Assembly (NCBI GenBank): GCA_052140165.1
Contig: JBKQUM010000138.1
Coordinates: 1,702-65,701 of the forward strand
Origin: Acidimicrobiales bacterium
GTDB taxonomy: Bacteria; Actinomycetota; Acidimicrobiia; Acidimicrobiales; RAAP-2
Direction of reading: 5' to 3'
Length of the DNA: 64,000 nt
The position numbers and the translations under genes were made by a program. This document shows positions 30,067-38,561 of this stretch, piece after piece. The notes beneath the pieces were generated by a model. That model was not told where the DNA came from. It did no database searches and saw only the letters and a list, made by a program, of their open reading frames with translations. Each line of letters begins with the position of its first letter. The first letter of the stretch is position 1.

Positions 30067-31800
30067 ATGCACGGCATGCACGAGCTGATCATCAGGGGCG
30101 GGACGCTCGTCGACGGGACCGGCGCGTCGGCGCGCACCGCGGACGTCGCGGTCGACGCCGGCCGCATCACCGACGTGGGGCACCTCCAGGGCGGCGCCAC
30201 CCGGACCATCGACGCCGACGGCCTCCTGGTCACCCCGGGCTGGGTCGACGTGCACACGCACTACGACGGGCAGGTCACGTGGGACTCCGAGCTCGCCCCG
30301 TCGTCGTGGCACGGGGTCACGACGCTCGTGATGGGCAACTGCGGCGTGGGCTTCGCCCCCGCCCGGCCCGACCGCCACGACTGGCTGATCGGGCTCATGG
30401 AGGGGGTCGAGGACATCCCCGGCACGGCACTGGCCGAGGGGATCGCCTGGGAGTGGGAGACCTTCCCCGAGTATCTCGACGCGCTCGAACGGCGGCGCTG
30501 GACCGTCGACGTGGGCACCCAGGTGCCCCACGGCGCGGTGCGGGCCTACGTCATGGGCGAGCGGGGCGCCCGCAACGAGCCGGCCAGCGCCGAGGACATC
30601 GAGGCCATGCGGGCCATCGTGCTCCAGGCGCTGCGGGCCGGTGCGCTTGGCTTCTCCACCTCGCGCACCACGGGGCACCGCGCCATCGACGGTGAGCTCG
30701 TCCCGGGCACCTACGCCGCCGAGGACGAGCTGTTCGGCATCGGGTCCGCGCTCGGCGAGGCGGGCACCGGCGTCTTCGAGCTGGCCCCACTCGGCTCGGC
30801 CGGCGAGATGCTCCAGGACGCCTGGCAGGAGGTCGACTGGATGCGCCGGCTCTCGGCCGCCACGGGCCGGCCGGTGAGCTACGTGCTGCTGCAGCACGAC
30901 GACGATCCGGAACTGTGGCGCAAGCAGCTGGCGGCGTCCCTCGACGCCTGCGCCGAGGGGGCACAGCTGTACCCCCAGATCGCCGGGCGCCCGACCGGCA
31001 TCCTCTCGGGCCACCACACGACGTTGTGCCTCTTCGCCGAGTTCCCGGCCTACCGCGAGCTGCGCGCCCGCGGCCTGTCGGCCCCCGAGCTCGGCGCGGC
31101 GCTCGCCGACCCCGAGGTGCGGCGCGCCATCGTGGCATGGACACCGTCGTCGCCGGCCCAGGCCGAGGCGATGGAGAAGGCGTACCACCGCACGTTCGTG
31201 CTCGGGGACCCGCCCGACTACGAGCCCGGCCCCGAGAGCTCGCTGGCCGGTTTGGCCGCGGCGCGCGGGATGTCACCGCTCGAGGTGGCCTACGACGAGA
31301 TGGCCCGCGACGGCGGCCAGGGGCTCCTGTACATCCCCATCCTCAATTTCGCCACGGGCGACCTCGACCACGTGCGCGAGATGATGCTGCACCCCCAGGG
31401 CCTGCTCGGGCTGGCTGACGGCGGCGCCCACACCGGGACGATCTGCGACGCGTCCATGCCCACCTTCATGCTCACCCACTGGACGCGCGACCGCAGCCGC
31501 GGCGAGACGCTGCCGCTCGAGTACGTGGTGAAGAAGCAGACGCACGACACGGCCCGCCTCTACGGCCTGTCGGACCGGGGCACGGTGGAGCCCGGCGCGC
31601 TGGCCGACTTCAACCTCATCGACTACGAGGGGCTCTCACTGGGCACCCCCTATGTGACGGACGACCTGCCGGCGGGGGGTCGCCGGCTGCTCCAGAAGGC
31701 GTCGGGGTACGTGGCCACGATCAAGGCCGGCACCGTGACCTTCGAGCAGGGTGCCGGGACCGGGGAGCTGCCCGGACGCCTGGTGCGCGGCGCGCGCTGA
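30067..31800 (+). CDS. N-acyl-D-amino-acid deacylase family amidohydrolase (paralog 1)
   Basis: LIIRGGTLVDGTG..PGWVDVHTHYD..HGVTT.VMGNCG motif series. Confidence 0.85.
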   Translation: MHGMHELIIRGGTLVDGTGASARTADVAVDAGRITDVGHLQGGATRTIDADGLLVTPGWVDVHTHYDGQVTWDSELAPSSWHGVTTLVMGNCGVGFAPARPDRHDWLIGLMEGVEDIPGTALAEGIAWEWETFPEYLDALERRRWTVDVGTQVPHGAVRAYVMGERGARNEPASAEDIEAMRAIVLQALRAGALGFSTSRTTGHRAIDGELVPGTYAAEDELFGIGSALGEAGTGVFELAPLGSAGEMLQDAWQEVDWMRRLSAATGRPVSYVLLQHDDDPELWRKQLAASLDACAEGAQLYPQIAGRPTGILSGHHTTLCLFAEFPAYRELRARGLSAPELGAALADPEVRRAIVAWTPSSPAQAEAMEKAYHRTFVLGDPPDYEPGPESSLAGLAAARGMSPLEVAYDEMARDGGQGLLYIPILNFATGDLDHVREMMLHPQGLLGLADGGAHTGTICDASMPTFMLTHWTRDRSRGETLPLEYVVKKQTHDTARLYGLSDRGTVEPGALADFNLIDYEGLSLGTPYVTDDLPAGGRRLLQKASGYVATIKAGTVTFEQGAGTGELPGRLVRGAR

Positions 31801-31870
31801 GCGCAGCCGCCCTCCGCGCCCCCTCCCGGTCGCTCCGCCGGGCTGTCCCGCACGGCAGACTGCACCCCGT

Positions 31871-33238
31871 ATGGACGCGCCACTGACCGAGTACGCGCTC
31901 CGTGACGACATCCACATCGGCTACCAGGTGTGGGGGGCGCGTCCCGGGGCGGGCCAGGTCCCCCCGGTGGACGTGCTCGAGCTCAGCAGCGGGCTGATGA
32001 TCTCCATCGACGAGGCCGTCGACGAGCCGAACTGGCTCCACTACACGGAGCGGGTGGTGGGGTTCTCCCGCCTGCTCCGCTTCGACACCGGCGGGCTCGG
32101 GTTGTCGGACCCGCTGCCGGCGGGCTCCCAGCCCTCCATCGAGGGATGGGGCCTCGACGCCCTCGCCGTCATGGACGCGGCCGGTTGCGCCACGGCGGTC
32201 CTGCTCGCGTCCACCGGAGGCGCCCTGCCGGCCCTGTGGCTGGCGGCCGTCCACCCCGAACGCGTGAGCTCGCTGGTCATCGTGAACGGAACGGCGCGCG
32301 TCGGCCAGGCGGAGGACTACGGCTTCGGCGTCTCCAGCGAGCTCACGGCCACGGCGGCGGACATCGACGTGCCGCTGGTCGAGGGCGACGTCCCCCAGGA
32401 CATCGCGGTCTTCGCGCCCAGCCTGGCCCACCGCGTCGGGTTCCGTGAATGGTGGGAGCGCGCGGCCCGACGCGGCGCCAGCCCCGCCACCGCGATCGCC
32501 TTCAACCTCGTGACCTTCTCGGCCGACATGCGACGGTGCCTGCCCGACATCTCGTGCCCGACGCTCGTCATCGCGCGCACGGAGAGCTACGCCAACCTCA
32601 GCGAGCACGGGCGCTACCTGGCCGAGCACATCGCGGGCGCCCGCTTCGTGACCTTCCCGGGACCGGACCTGTTGCCCTGGGCGGGCGAGTTCGACTCCAT
32701 CGTCGACGAGATCGAGGAGTTCGTGACCGGGGGCCGCGGCGTGCACGCGCCCACCCGCACGCTGGCCACGGTGCTCTTCACCGACATCGTGGACTCCACG
32801 GTGCGCGCCGCCGCGGTGGGCGACCGGCAGTGGCGGGCCGTGCTCGACGAGTCCGACGTCAACGTCGGCCGCCTCCTGTCCCGCCACGACGGCGTCCTCG
32901 TCAAGACGACCGGCGACGGGATCCTGGCCCGCTTCACCTCACCGGCGCAGGCGGTGCGCTGCGCCGCGGCGATGGTGGAGGCGGCGCGCCGGAGCGGCCT
33001 GCAGCTGCGGGCCGGGTTGCACGTCGGCGAGGTGGAGCTGCGCGGTGACGACATCGGCGGGCTGGCGGTCCACATCGCGTCGAGGGTGAGCACCCTGGCG
33101 GGCGCCGACGAGGTCCTCGTCACCGGCACGGTGCGCGACCTCGTCGTGGGGTCGGGCATCGCCTTCGAGGACAGGGGCCGGCACGACCTCAAGGGTGTCC
33201 CGGGCGAGTGGCAGATCCTCGCCGTGGGGCGGGCCTAG
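31871..33238 (+). CDS. alpha/beta-hydrolase domain fused to a class III adenylate/guanylate cyclase domain
   Basis: The N-terminal half is alpha/beta-hydrolase-like. The C-terminal half has cyclase motifs (VLFTDIVDST, KTTGDGILARF, GLHVGEVE). The start is trimmed to ATG 31871. Confidence 0.82.
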   Translation: MDAPLTEYALRDDIHIGYQVWGARPGAGQVPPVDVLELSSGLMISIDEAVDEPNWLHYTERVVGFSRLLRFDTGGLGLSDPLPAGSQPSIEGWGLDALAVMDAAGCATAVLLASTGGALPALWLAAVHPERVSSLVIVNGTARVGQAEDYGFGVSSELTATAADIDVPLVEGDVPQDIAVFAPSLAHRVGFREWWERAARRGASPATAIAFNLVTFSADMRRCLPDISCPTLVIARTESYANLSEHGRYLAEHIAGARFVTFPGPDLLPWAGEFDSIVDEIEEFVTGGRGVHAPTRTLATVLFTDIVDSTVRAAAVGDRQWRAVLDESDVNVGRLLSRHDGVLVKTTGDGILARFTSPAQAVRCAAAMVEAARRSGLQLRAGLHVGEVELRGDDIGGLAVHIASRVSTLAGADEVLVTGTVRDLVVGSGIAFEDRGRHDLKGVPGEWQILAVGRA

Positions 33239-33365
33239 AGCCAGATCCCATCCACGCCCGTCATGGCGGGCCGGGGATGACCGAGGCCGGGTCCGGTCCG
33301 TGCTAGGTATTGAGCGCCGATTGCTCGGGGCACCGTGGACATCGGGAGATCGGGAGATCGCTGGC

Positions 33366-34691
33366 ATGGCACAAGGGACTCGACCTCCGGCATCCAACCG
33401 CACGCCCGGGCATGCGCAGACAGCCGGGACGGGCAGACAGGGAGCGCGCCGTCGCCGGCGCACGCGGTTCGACGCCCCGCCACCGCGGCCGTTCACCCTC
33501 TCCGGATGGGCACTGCTGCCCCTGCGGGCGTTCCTCGGGTTCACGTTCTGCTTCGCCGGATTGCAGAAGCTGGCCAACCCGAACTTCTTCAACGCCAACA
33601 GCCCGTCCGGCATCCAGGCCCAGCTGGTCGCCTCCATCAGGATCAGCCCGCTGCACCTGCTGCTCGCACACCTCCTCCGCTTCGCCGTGCCGATCGGCGT
33701 CGTCATTGCCCTGGCGGAGCTGGCCGTCGGCTTGGGAGCACTCCTCGGTCTGTGGACCCGGGTGGCCGCGGCGGGCGGCATGGTGCTGTCGCTCACCCTC
33801 TTCCTGACGGTGAGCTTCCACTCCTCGCCCTACTACACCGGTGCCGACATCGTCTTCCTGTTCGCCTGGATCCCGCTCCTCCTGGCCGGCTCGGGCGGGG
33901 TGCTGTCCCTCGACGCCGTGATCGCCGCCCGGGTGGCCGCCGAGAACAAGAGCGGGCCGCCGACCGTCGTCCCGGTCCGTTTCGAACTGGTGCAGCGGGT
34001 CTGCGGCAATTACGAGGACGACATGTGCACCGCACGGGGGGGCCAGCCCTGCGACGTCCACCGCTGCCCCTTCCTGGTCGACGAGCGGGGCAGCATCGTG
34101 CAGCGCGGGCCGGACGCGGTGGACCGGAGGACCCTGGTCCTCGGCGGGACCGCCGTGGCCGCGTCCGCGGTGATCGGCGCCGTGGCCGCGGGGGCGGCCG
34201 CAGGTCTGGGCCGGGCCGTGGGCGGCGTCCAGAGCCCCGGCGGGGGTGGCGCGTCCGCCCTCTCCCCCACCGGGCCGAGCAGCGGCGCGGGCACCACGCC
34301 CACCGGGCCGGGCACCGGCGCGGGCACCACCTCGACCACTGCGCCGGCCGGGGCGACGACGACCACTGCGCCGGCTGCCGCGGGCACGCGCATCGGCCTG
34401 GCGAGCCAGGTGCCCGTCGGTGGTGCCGCCACCTTCACGGACCCGGCGACCGGTGACCCCGGGCTCGTGCTCCAGCTCACCAAGGACCAGTTCGTGGCGT
34501 ACGACGCGGTCTGCCCGCACGCCGGCTGCACGGTCGGGTACTCGCCCGGCGCCAAGCTCATCGTGTGCCCGTGCCACGGCTCGGAGTTCGACCCCGCCAC
34601 GGGTGCCGTGGTCAACCCACCCGCGCAGCGGGGCCTGACGCCGATCCACGTGGCGGTCAGCGCCGACGGCTCCCTCCTCGCCGACGGCTGA
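33366..34691 (+). CDS. DoxX-like membrane domain fused to a Rieske [2Fe-2S] domain
   Basis: The N-terminal half has 4 hydrophobic segments (LLPLRAFLGFTFCFAGLQKL). There is a 4-Cys linker, an extra TM segment, a Thr/Gly/Pro-rich spacer, and the Rieske motifs CPHAGC and CPCHGS. Confidence 0.8.
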   Translation: MAQGTRPPASNRTPGHAQTAGTGRQGARRRRRTRFDAPPPRPFTLSGWALLPLRAFLGFTFCFAGLQKLANPNFFNANSPSGIQAQLVASIRISPLHLLLAHLLRFAVPIGVVIALAELAVGLGALLGLWTRVAAAGGMVLSLTLFLTVSFHSSPYYTGADIVFLFAWIPLLLAGSGGVLSLDAVIAARVAAENKSGPPTVVPVRFELVQRVCGNYEDDMCTARGGQPCDVHRCPFLVDERGSIVQRGPDAVDRRTLVLGGTAVAASAVIGAVAAGAAAGLGRAVGGVQSPGGGGASALSPTGPSSGAGTTPTGPGTGAGTTSTTAPAGATTTTAPAAAGTRIGLASQVPVGGAATFTDPATGDPGLVLQLTKDQFVAYDAVCPHAGCTVGYSPGAKLIVCPCHGSEFDPATGAVVNPPAQRGLTPIHVAVSADGSLLADG

Positions 34692-34707
34692 CCGCGGATC
34701 GGCCCGC

Positions 34708-34875
34708 TCAGGCCGGCGTCCCCCCGGTCCCCGACCGGACGCGCCACACTTCCTCGCACGGCCACCGGCTCGCCCACTCGTAGGTCATGTGCGAGTAGCG
34801 GGTGGCCGCCCCGAGTGGGGGATGCAACTCCATCAGCTCGAGCACCTCGTAGCCGTTCGATCGCAAGAGGCGGAT
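34708..34875 (-). pseudogene. possible 3' remnant of a disrupted gene at the island edge
   Basis: A 55-codon open frame (..LRSNGYEVLELMELHPPLGAATRYSHMTYEWASRWPCEEVW..) bounded upstream by an in-frame TGA. It has no convincing start or SD and sits exactly where composition changes. Confidence 0.3.
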
Positions 34876-34960
34876 TCATCGTTGGCATGACGCGGGACCG
34901 TGCCGCCTCCTGGCCGTCACGCCAGCAACCGCCTCCTCACCGAATGCCACAATTGCGGAG

Positions 34961-35092
34961 GCTAAAAGGCATTTTAATGACTGTTAGATCATTTTCTCCC
35001 CCTAATAGCTATTTATATGTCTATAATCTCACTAAGGCATCGGCAGAAGAAAAGCCAGATAGCCACTATTATGGCCGCAGGAGGAGTGAGAA
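34961..35092 (+). promoter_or_regulatory. AT-rich putative hipBA promoter and 5' leader
   Basis: A strikingly AT-rich stretch in a GC-rich genome. TATAAT at 35022-35027, palindrome ATAGCTAT at 35005-35012, and a strong SD (AGGAGG) before ATG 35093. No clear -35 element. Confidence 0.4.
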
Positions 35093-35410
35093 ATGCGAAC
35101 TGACGAGCTGGAGAAGGTGATCGGTAGGCACATCCGCAGCTTGCGGATCGGCCAGGGCCTGACCCAGGTCGAGGTGGCTGAGAGGGCGAACATTTCCCTT
35201 GGCGCCCTCAAGCATCTTGAGAGCGGGGCAGGGGCGACGATCCACACCTTGGTCAGGGTTCTCCGCGCTCTCGGTCGCGAAGACTGGCTCGACTCCTTGG
35301 AGCCCGGGACCAGCGCGTTCAATCCGCTCGACCTCCTCTCGGCCCGTGAGCGCGAGAGCCGAAAGGCGCGGCCGCGGCGTGCCCCACGTCGGGGGGCGGC
35401 GGCGCGGTGA
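35093..35410 (+). CDS. hipB: XRE-family HTH antitoxin (HipB-like)
   Basis: HTH segment IRSLRIGQGLTQVEVAERANISLGALKHLESG. The stop overlaps the hipA start as GTGA. The C-terminal tail is Arg-rich. Confidence 0.8.
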   Translation: MRTDELEKVIGRHIRSLRIGQGLTQVEVAERANISLGALKHLESGAGATIHTLVRVLRALGREDWLDSLEPGTSAFNPLDLLSARERESRKARPRRAPRRGAAAR

Positions 35411-36720
35411 GTTACGAGCCGGCCAACGTCATCGAGGTCCTGGCCTGGGGCCAGCTGGTCGGTGCGGTGGCGCTCGACCCGAGCACCGGCTGGTACGCGT
35501 TCGCCTACACCCCTGAGTGGGTCGGGGGCGGCATCGAGCTGGCACCACTGCACATGGCGCTTCGCGAGGCGCCCTACGAGTTCCCCGAGCTGCGGCGCGA
35601 GACCTTCTACGGGCTTCCTGCTCTGCTCGCCGACGCCCTACCGGACCGCTTCGGCAACGCGCTCGTCAACGCCTGGATGGCCGAGCAGGGAGTGCCGGCC
35701 GAGAGCATCACGCCGCTCGACCGCCTGGCCTATGCCGCCGACCGTGCCATGGGAGCGCTCGAGTTCCGACCGCCGGCGCGTGACGCAGCCGCCGAGGCGC
35801 CGACCGCGGTGCAGCTGGCGGACCTGGTGCTCGCGGCACGAGGGGCGGTCCGCGGCGAGTTCGTCGATGACGAGACCACCCACGCTGCCCTCCAACAGCT
35901 CATCCAGGTGGGCACGAGTGCTGGTGGAGCGCGGGCCAAAGCCGTGGTTGCCTTCAACCCTGAGACGTTCCAGGTCGACTCGCCCTACGCCGAGCACACC
36001 GCCGGCTTCGAGCAGTGGCTGATCAAGCTCGACGGCGTGAGCGGCACCGGCATGGACGGGCACGGTGACGACCTGGGCGAACCCAGGGGCTACGGGAGCA
36101 TCGAGTACGCCTACAGCCTGATGGCGGGCGCGGCCGGGATCGACATGATGCCTTGCAAGCTCCTCGCCGAGGGCCCACGGCACCACTTCATGACCAAGCG
36201 CTTCGACCGCCGCGAGGGCGGTGAGCGCCTCCACGTCATCTCGCTGTGCGCGCTGGCCCACCTCGACTACAACCTGGTGGGCGCACACAGCTACGACCAG
36301 TATCTTCAGAGCGTTAAGGCGCTCGGGCTGAGCAACGACGAGCTCGCCGAGGCCTACCGCCGAATGGTCTTCAACGTCATGGCCGTCAACAACGACGACC
36401 ACGCCAAGAACTTCTCCTTCTTGCGCAGCGCTGACTCGGGATGGCATCTCTCGCCGGCCTTCGACCTCGTGCACGCCTACAACCCGAACAACGAGTGGAT
36501 CGCCCGACACCTGATGTCGGTGGACGGGAAGTTCGAAGGCATTGGGCTCGAGGACCTCTACGCCGTCGGCGAGCGCAACGACGTGCCCGGCTACCGACGG
36601 GTGGTGCGCGAAGTGCGCGACGGCGTCGCCGGTTGGGCCGACTTCGCCGAGGAGGCCGAGGTCGCAGGCGCAATCATCAAACGCATCGCGGCGGACATCG
36701 AGCGCTTCGCGCCTCATTAA
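35407..36720 (+). CDS. hipA: HipA-family serine/threonine kinase toxin
   Basis: 437 aa. N-terminal HipA coupling-domain-like region, a Gly-rich loop (VGTSAGGARAKAVV) and the catalytic loop NNDDHAKNFSFL. Confidence 0.88.
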   Translation: MSYEPANVIEVLAWGQLVGAVALDPSTGWYAFAYTPEWVGGGIELAPLHMALREAPYEFPELRRETFYGLPALLADALPDRFGNALVNAWMAEQGVPAESITPLDRLAYAADRAMGALEFRPPARDAAAEAPTAVQLADLVLAARGAVRGEFVDDETTHAALQQLIQVGTSAGGARAKAVVAFNPETFQVDSPYAEHTAGFEQWLIKLDGVSGTGMDGHGDDLGEPRGYGSIEYAYSLMAGAAGIDMMPCKLLAEGPRHHFMTKRFDRREGGERLHVISLCALAHLDYNLVGAHSYDQYLQSVKALGLSNDELAEAYRRMVFNVMAVNNDDHAKNFSFLRSADSGWHLSPAFDLVHAYNPNNEWIARHLMSVDGKFEGIGLEDLYAVGERNDVPGYRRVVREVRDGVAGWADFAEEAEVAGAIIKRIAADIERFAPH

Positions 36721-37355
36721 CCATGTTGGAACAACGGACGGAACTTCGCGAGGGGCTTGAGCCACGGCCTTCACAGGTCGGCACTCGAAAGCGAGGCCCC
36801 AACCGTCGCTGTTTCGAGTGATCCGCAATTCGCGCGCTCGGATGTCAGAGCGTGCCGAGGCCCAGTTCGACCGCAATGTGTTCAACAGCGAACGGGACAA
36901 CGTCGCAATCGCTCCAGGTCTCGTGCAAGTCCGGGGCCCTCGGGCCAATAAACGCACGAGCCTGCGGCTACGCGCGTAGGGACGCGCACTTTGCGGGAGC
37001 CGAGGTCAGTGACTCCGTCTCGGGTCGTCGGGTGCCTCCGTTGAGGTCGTCTTGTGGGCCGGGAGCGGGTGTGCCCGTCAAACGCGATCCCGGCGATTGC
37101 AGCGCGGTCTGGTGTCCCAGTGGGGCTGACCTTGGCCGCGGCCTAACGGGTCCACCTCGTTCTTCAGAAAGCAGACTGTCGAAACGGGCCGACGACGCCG
37201 AGACGCAAGAGTTCGATCCCGGAGCGGTGACCGATGCGGCCGCGGAAGGGATCGACAACAGCCTGGTGACGCCCAGCGGAGGGCGGCTTCCGCACCGCCT
37301 TCTACGCGGCGGATGGGATCACTCGCTAAGAAGTCTTCCGCGTGGTGCCGATTGG

Positions 37356-38392
37356 CTAAGGGCTCAGGATGAAGGCGTGGTAACCAACGCCTGGTTCTGA
37401 CGAATATGCGGTTCCGACGATTTGATCCTTATTGTTGATCCCGTTGGCCGACAGAAGTGTCCATTGCGTAGTAGATGGAAGTCTCGTGTTGAGGTCGATC
37501 ACGGCACCATTCTTGAAAAGTGCTGCATGGTAGACGCCCGATGGAAGATCAATTTGTCCGACAACCCAATCTTTGCGATTGATAGCGGAGGCTTGGCCGT
37601 CGCCGGCCTCGTTGGGTTCGAGGTCGATCGCATGACCGTATTCAAACATCATGGCGTGGAAGGGACCCGACGCGGTGAAGCCCCACCCGACGGCCACTCC
37701 CGCTTTGTTCACGGCGAGAGCAATCGTATTGACGATGCCCGAGCTGTTGTTGTCAATTGGAGTGGCGGTGCCACCGGCAAAGCTCACTGCATGGTTGACG
37801 CCATTTTCGACTGTGTATCCGACGACATCACCAGAGCCGTTGACGCCAAATGCTGCACCATCTTGCCCGGGATCGAGATCCACGACCGCACCGTTCTCGA
37901 AGGCGACCGGACTGGCGGAACCGAACGGTAGCTCCGAAGAGCCTGAATAACCGACGATAAAGCCGTTGCGGTTGATCGCGAGGGCGGCGCTGTCAGGATC
38001 GCCCGGCAAGGCTCCCAAGTAGGTAGTGGTCCCAGCGTCGAAGAGCGCCGCTTCTGTGGTGTCGCTCGATGTCGCAACGTCACCGACGACCTCGTCAGTA
38101 GCGTTCAAGGCTTGCGCGGTCGTAGCCCTGTAGTGACGCTACTGGTAGGTGTTAAGTCGGTAAGCTGTCCTGCCTTCCACAAGCAGGCGTGGGTCACTGT
38201 CACGCCAGGTGGCTCTGTCGTGCAAGCCACTGCGCCACTTCTATTGATGCCGTACTCGTTGCCAGTGGGCAAGATCGTGAGTGTCCAGTGCTCGCCGGCG
38301 GCAGTTGCGGTCGCGGTACTCGGTGAACCGTTGACGGCCAACGTCCAGACCAACACCAACGCGCCGGCTGCCAGTGTCGAGACCCACCTCAT
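37356..38392 (-). pseudogene. secreted HAF-family repeat protein, interrupted by a frameshift near 38108-38140
   Basis: Two overlapping ORFs in different frames. The upstream part has a signal peptide (MRWVSTLAAGALVLVWTLAVNG) and the first repeat. The downstream part has at least 5 repeats of the type A(I/V)N..G.VVG(6-10 aa)HA(F/L/M/V) and ends in YHAFILSP. GC content is much lower than the surroundings. Confidence 0.72.
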
Positions 38393-38419
38393 TGAGAATC
38401 CTTCCAACGTGACTTGGGG

Positions 38420-38444
38420 GAGATGGGCGAGATGGGCGAGATGG
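38420..38444. repeat. 9-bp tandem repeat GAGATGGGC, 2.8 copies
   Basis: Read directly: gagatgggc gagatgggc gagatgg, 28 nt upstream of the HAF gene ATG on the minus strand. Confidence 0.9.
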
Positions 38445-38561
38445 TACTACGGCGTCCGCTTTGACGATCTTCGCAAAGGTGCTCTCGTTGCTTAAATTTA
38501 ACGTGTCTGTTCACGAAGTGATCACGTAATTATGTGTTGCTTCGTTAGGCCTTGGTATCCA

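Noticed and set aside
34815-35120. 101-aa plus-strand ORF crossing the AT-rich hipB promoter
   Set aside because: It reads through the promoter and SD into hipB out of frame. Its composition changes abruptly along its length, so it is not a plausible gene.
37205-37235. GAGTTCGATCCCGG resembling a tRNA T-loop (possible att or tRNA remnant)
   Set aside because: The flanking bases cannot form a T-stem or an acceptor stem. There is no extended identity to the tRNA-Pro 3' half.
36852-37400. 182-aa plus-strand ORF (and the 96-aa minus-strand ORF 36968..37258) in the ORF-less islet segment
   Set aside because: Ser/Pro/Arg/Gly-rich with no SD and no recognisable motif. The plus-strand ORF runs into the 3' end of the convergent HAF gene. 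It is kept only as part of the unexplained-segment finding.
36721-38407. Diversity-generating retroelement hypothesis for the HAF-repeat gene (VR at the 3' end, TR downstream)
   Set aside because: No reverse transcriptase gene is nearby. By eye, the 3' end of the HAF gene has no similar template-repeat copy in the downstream 635 bp.
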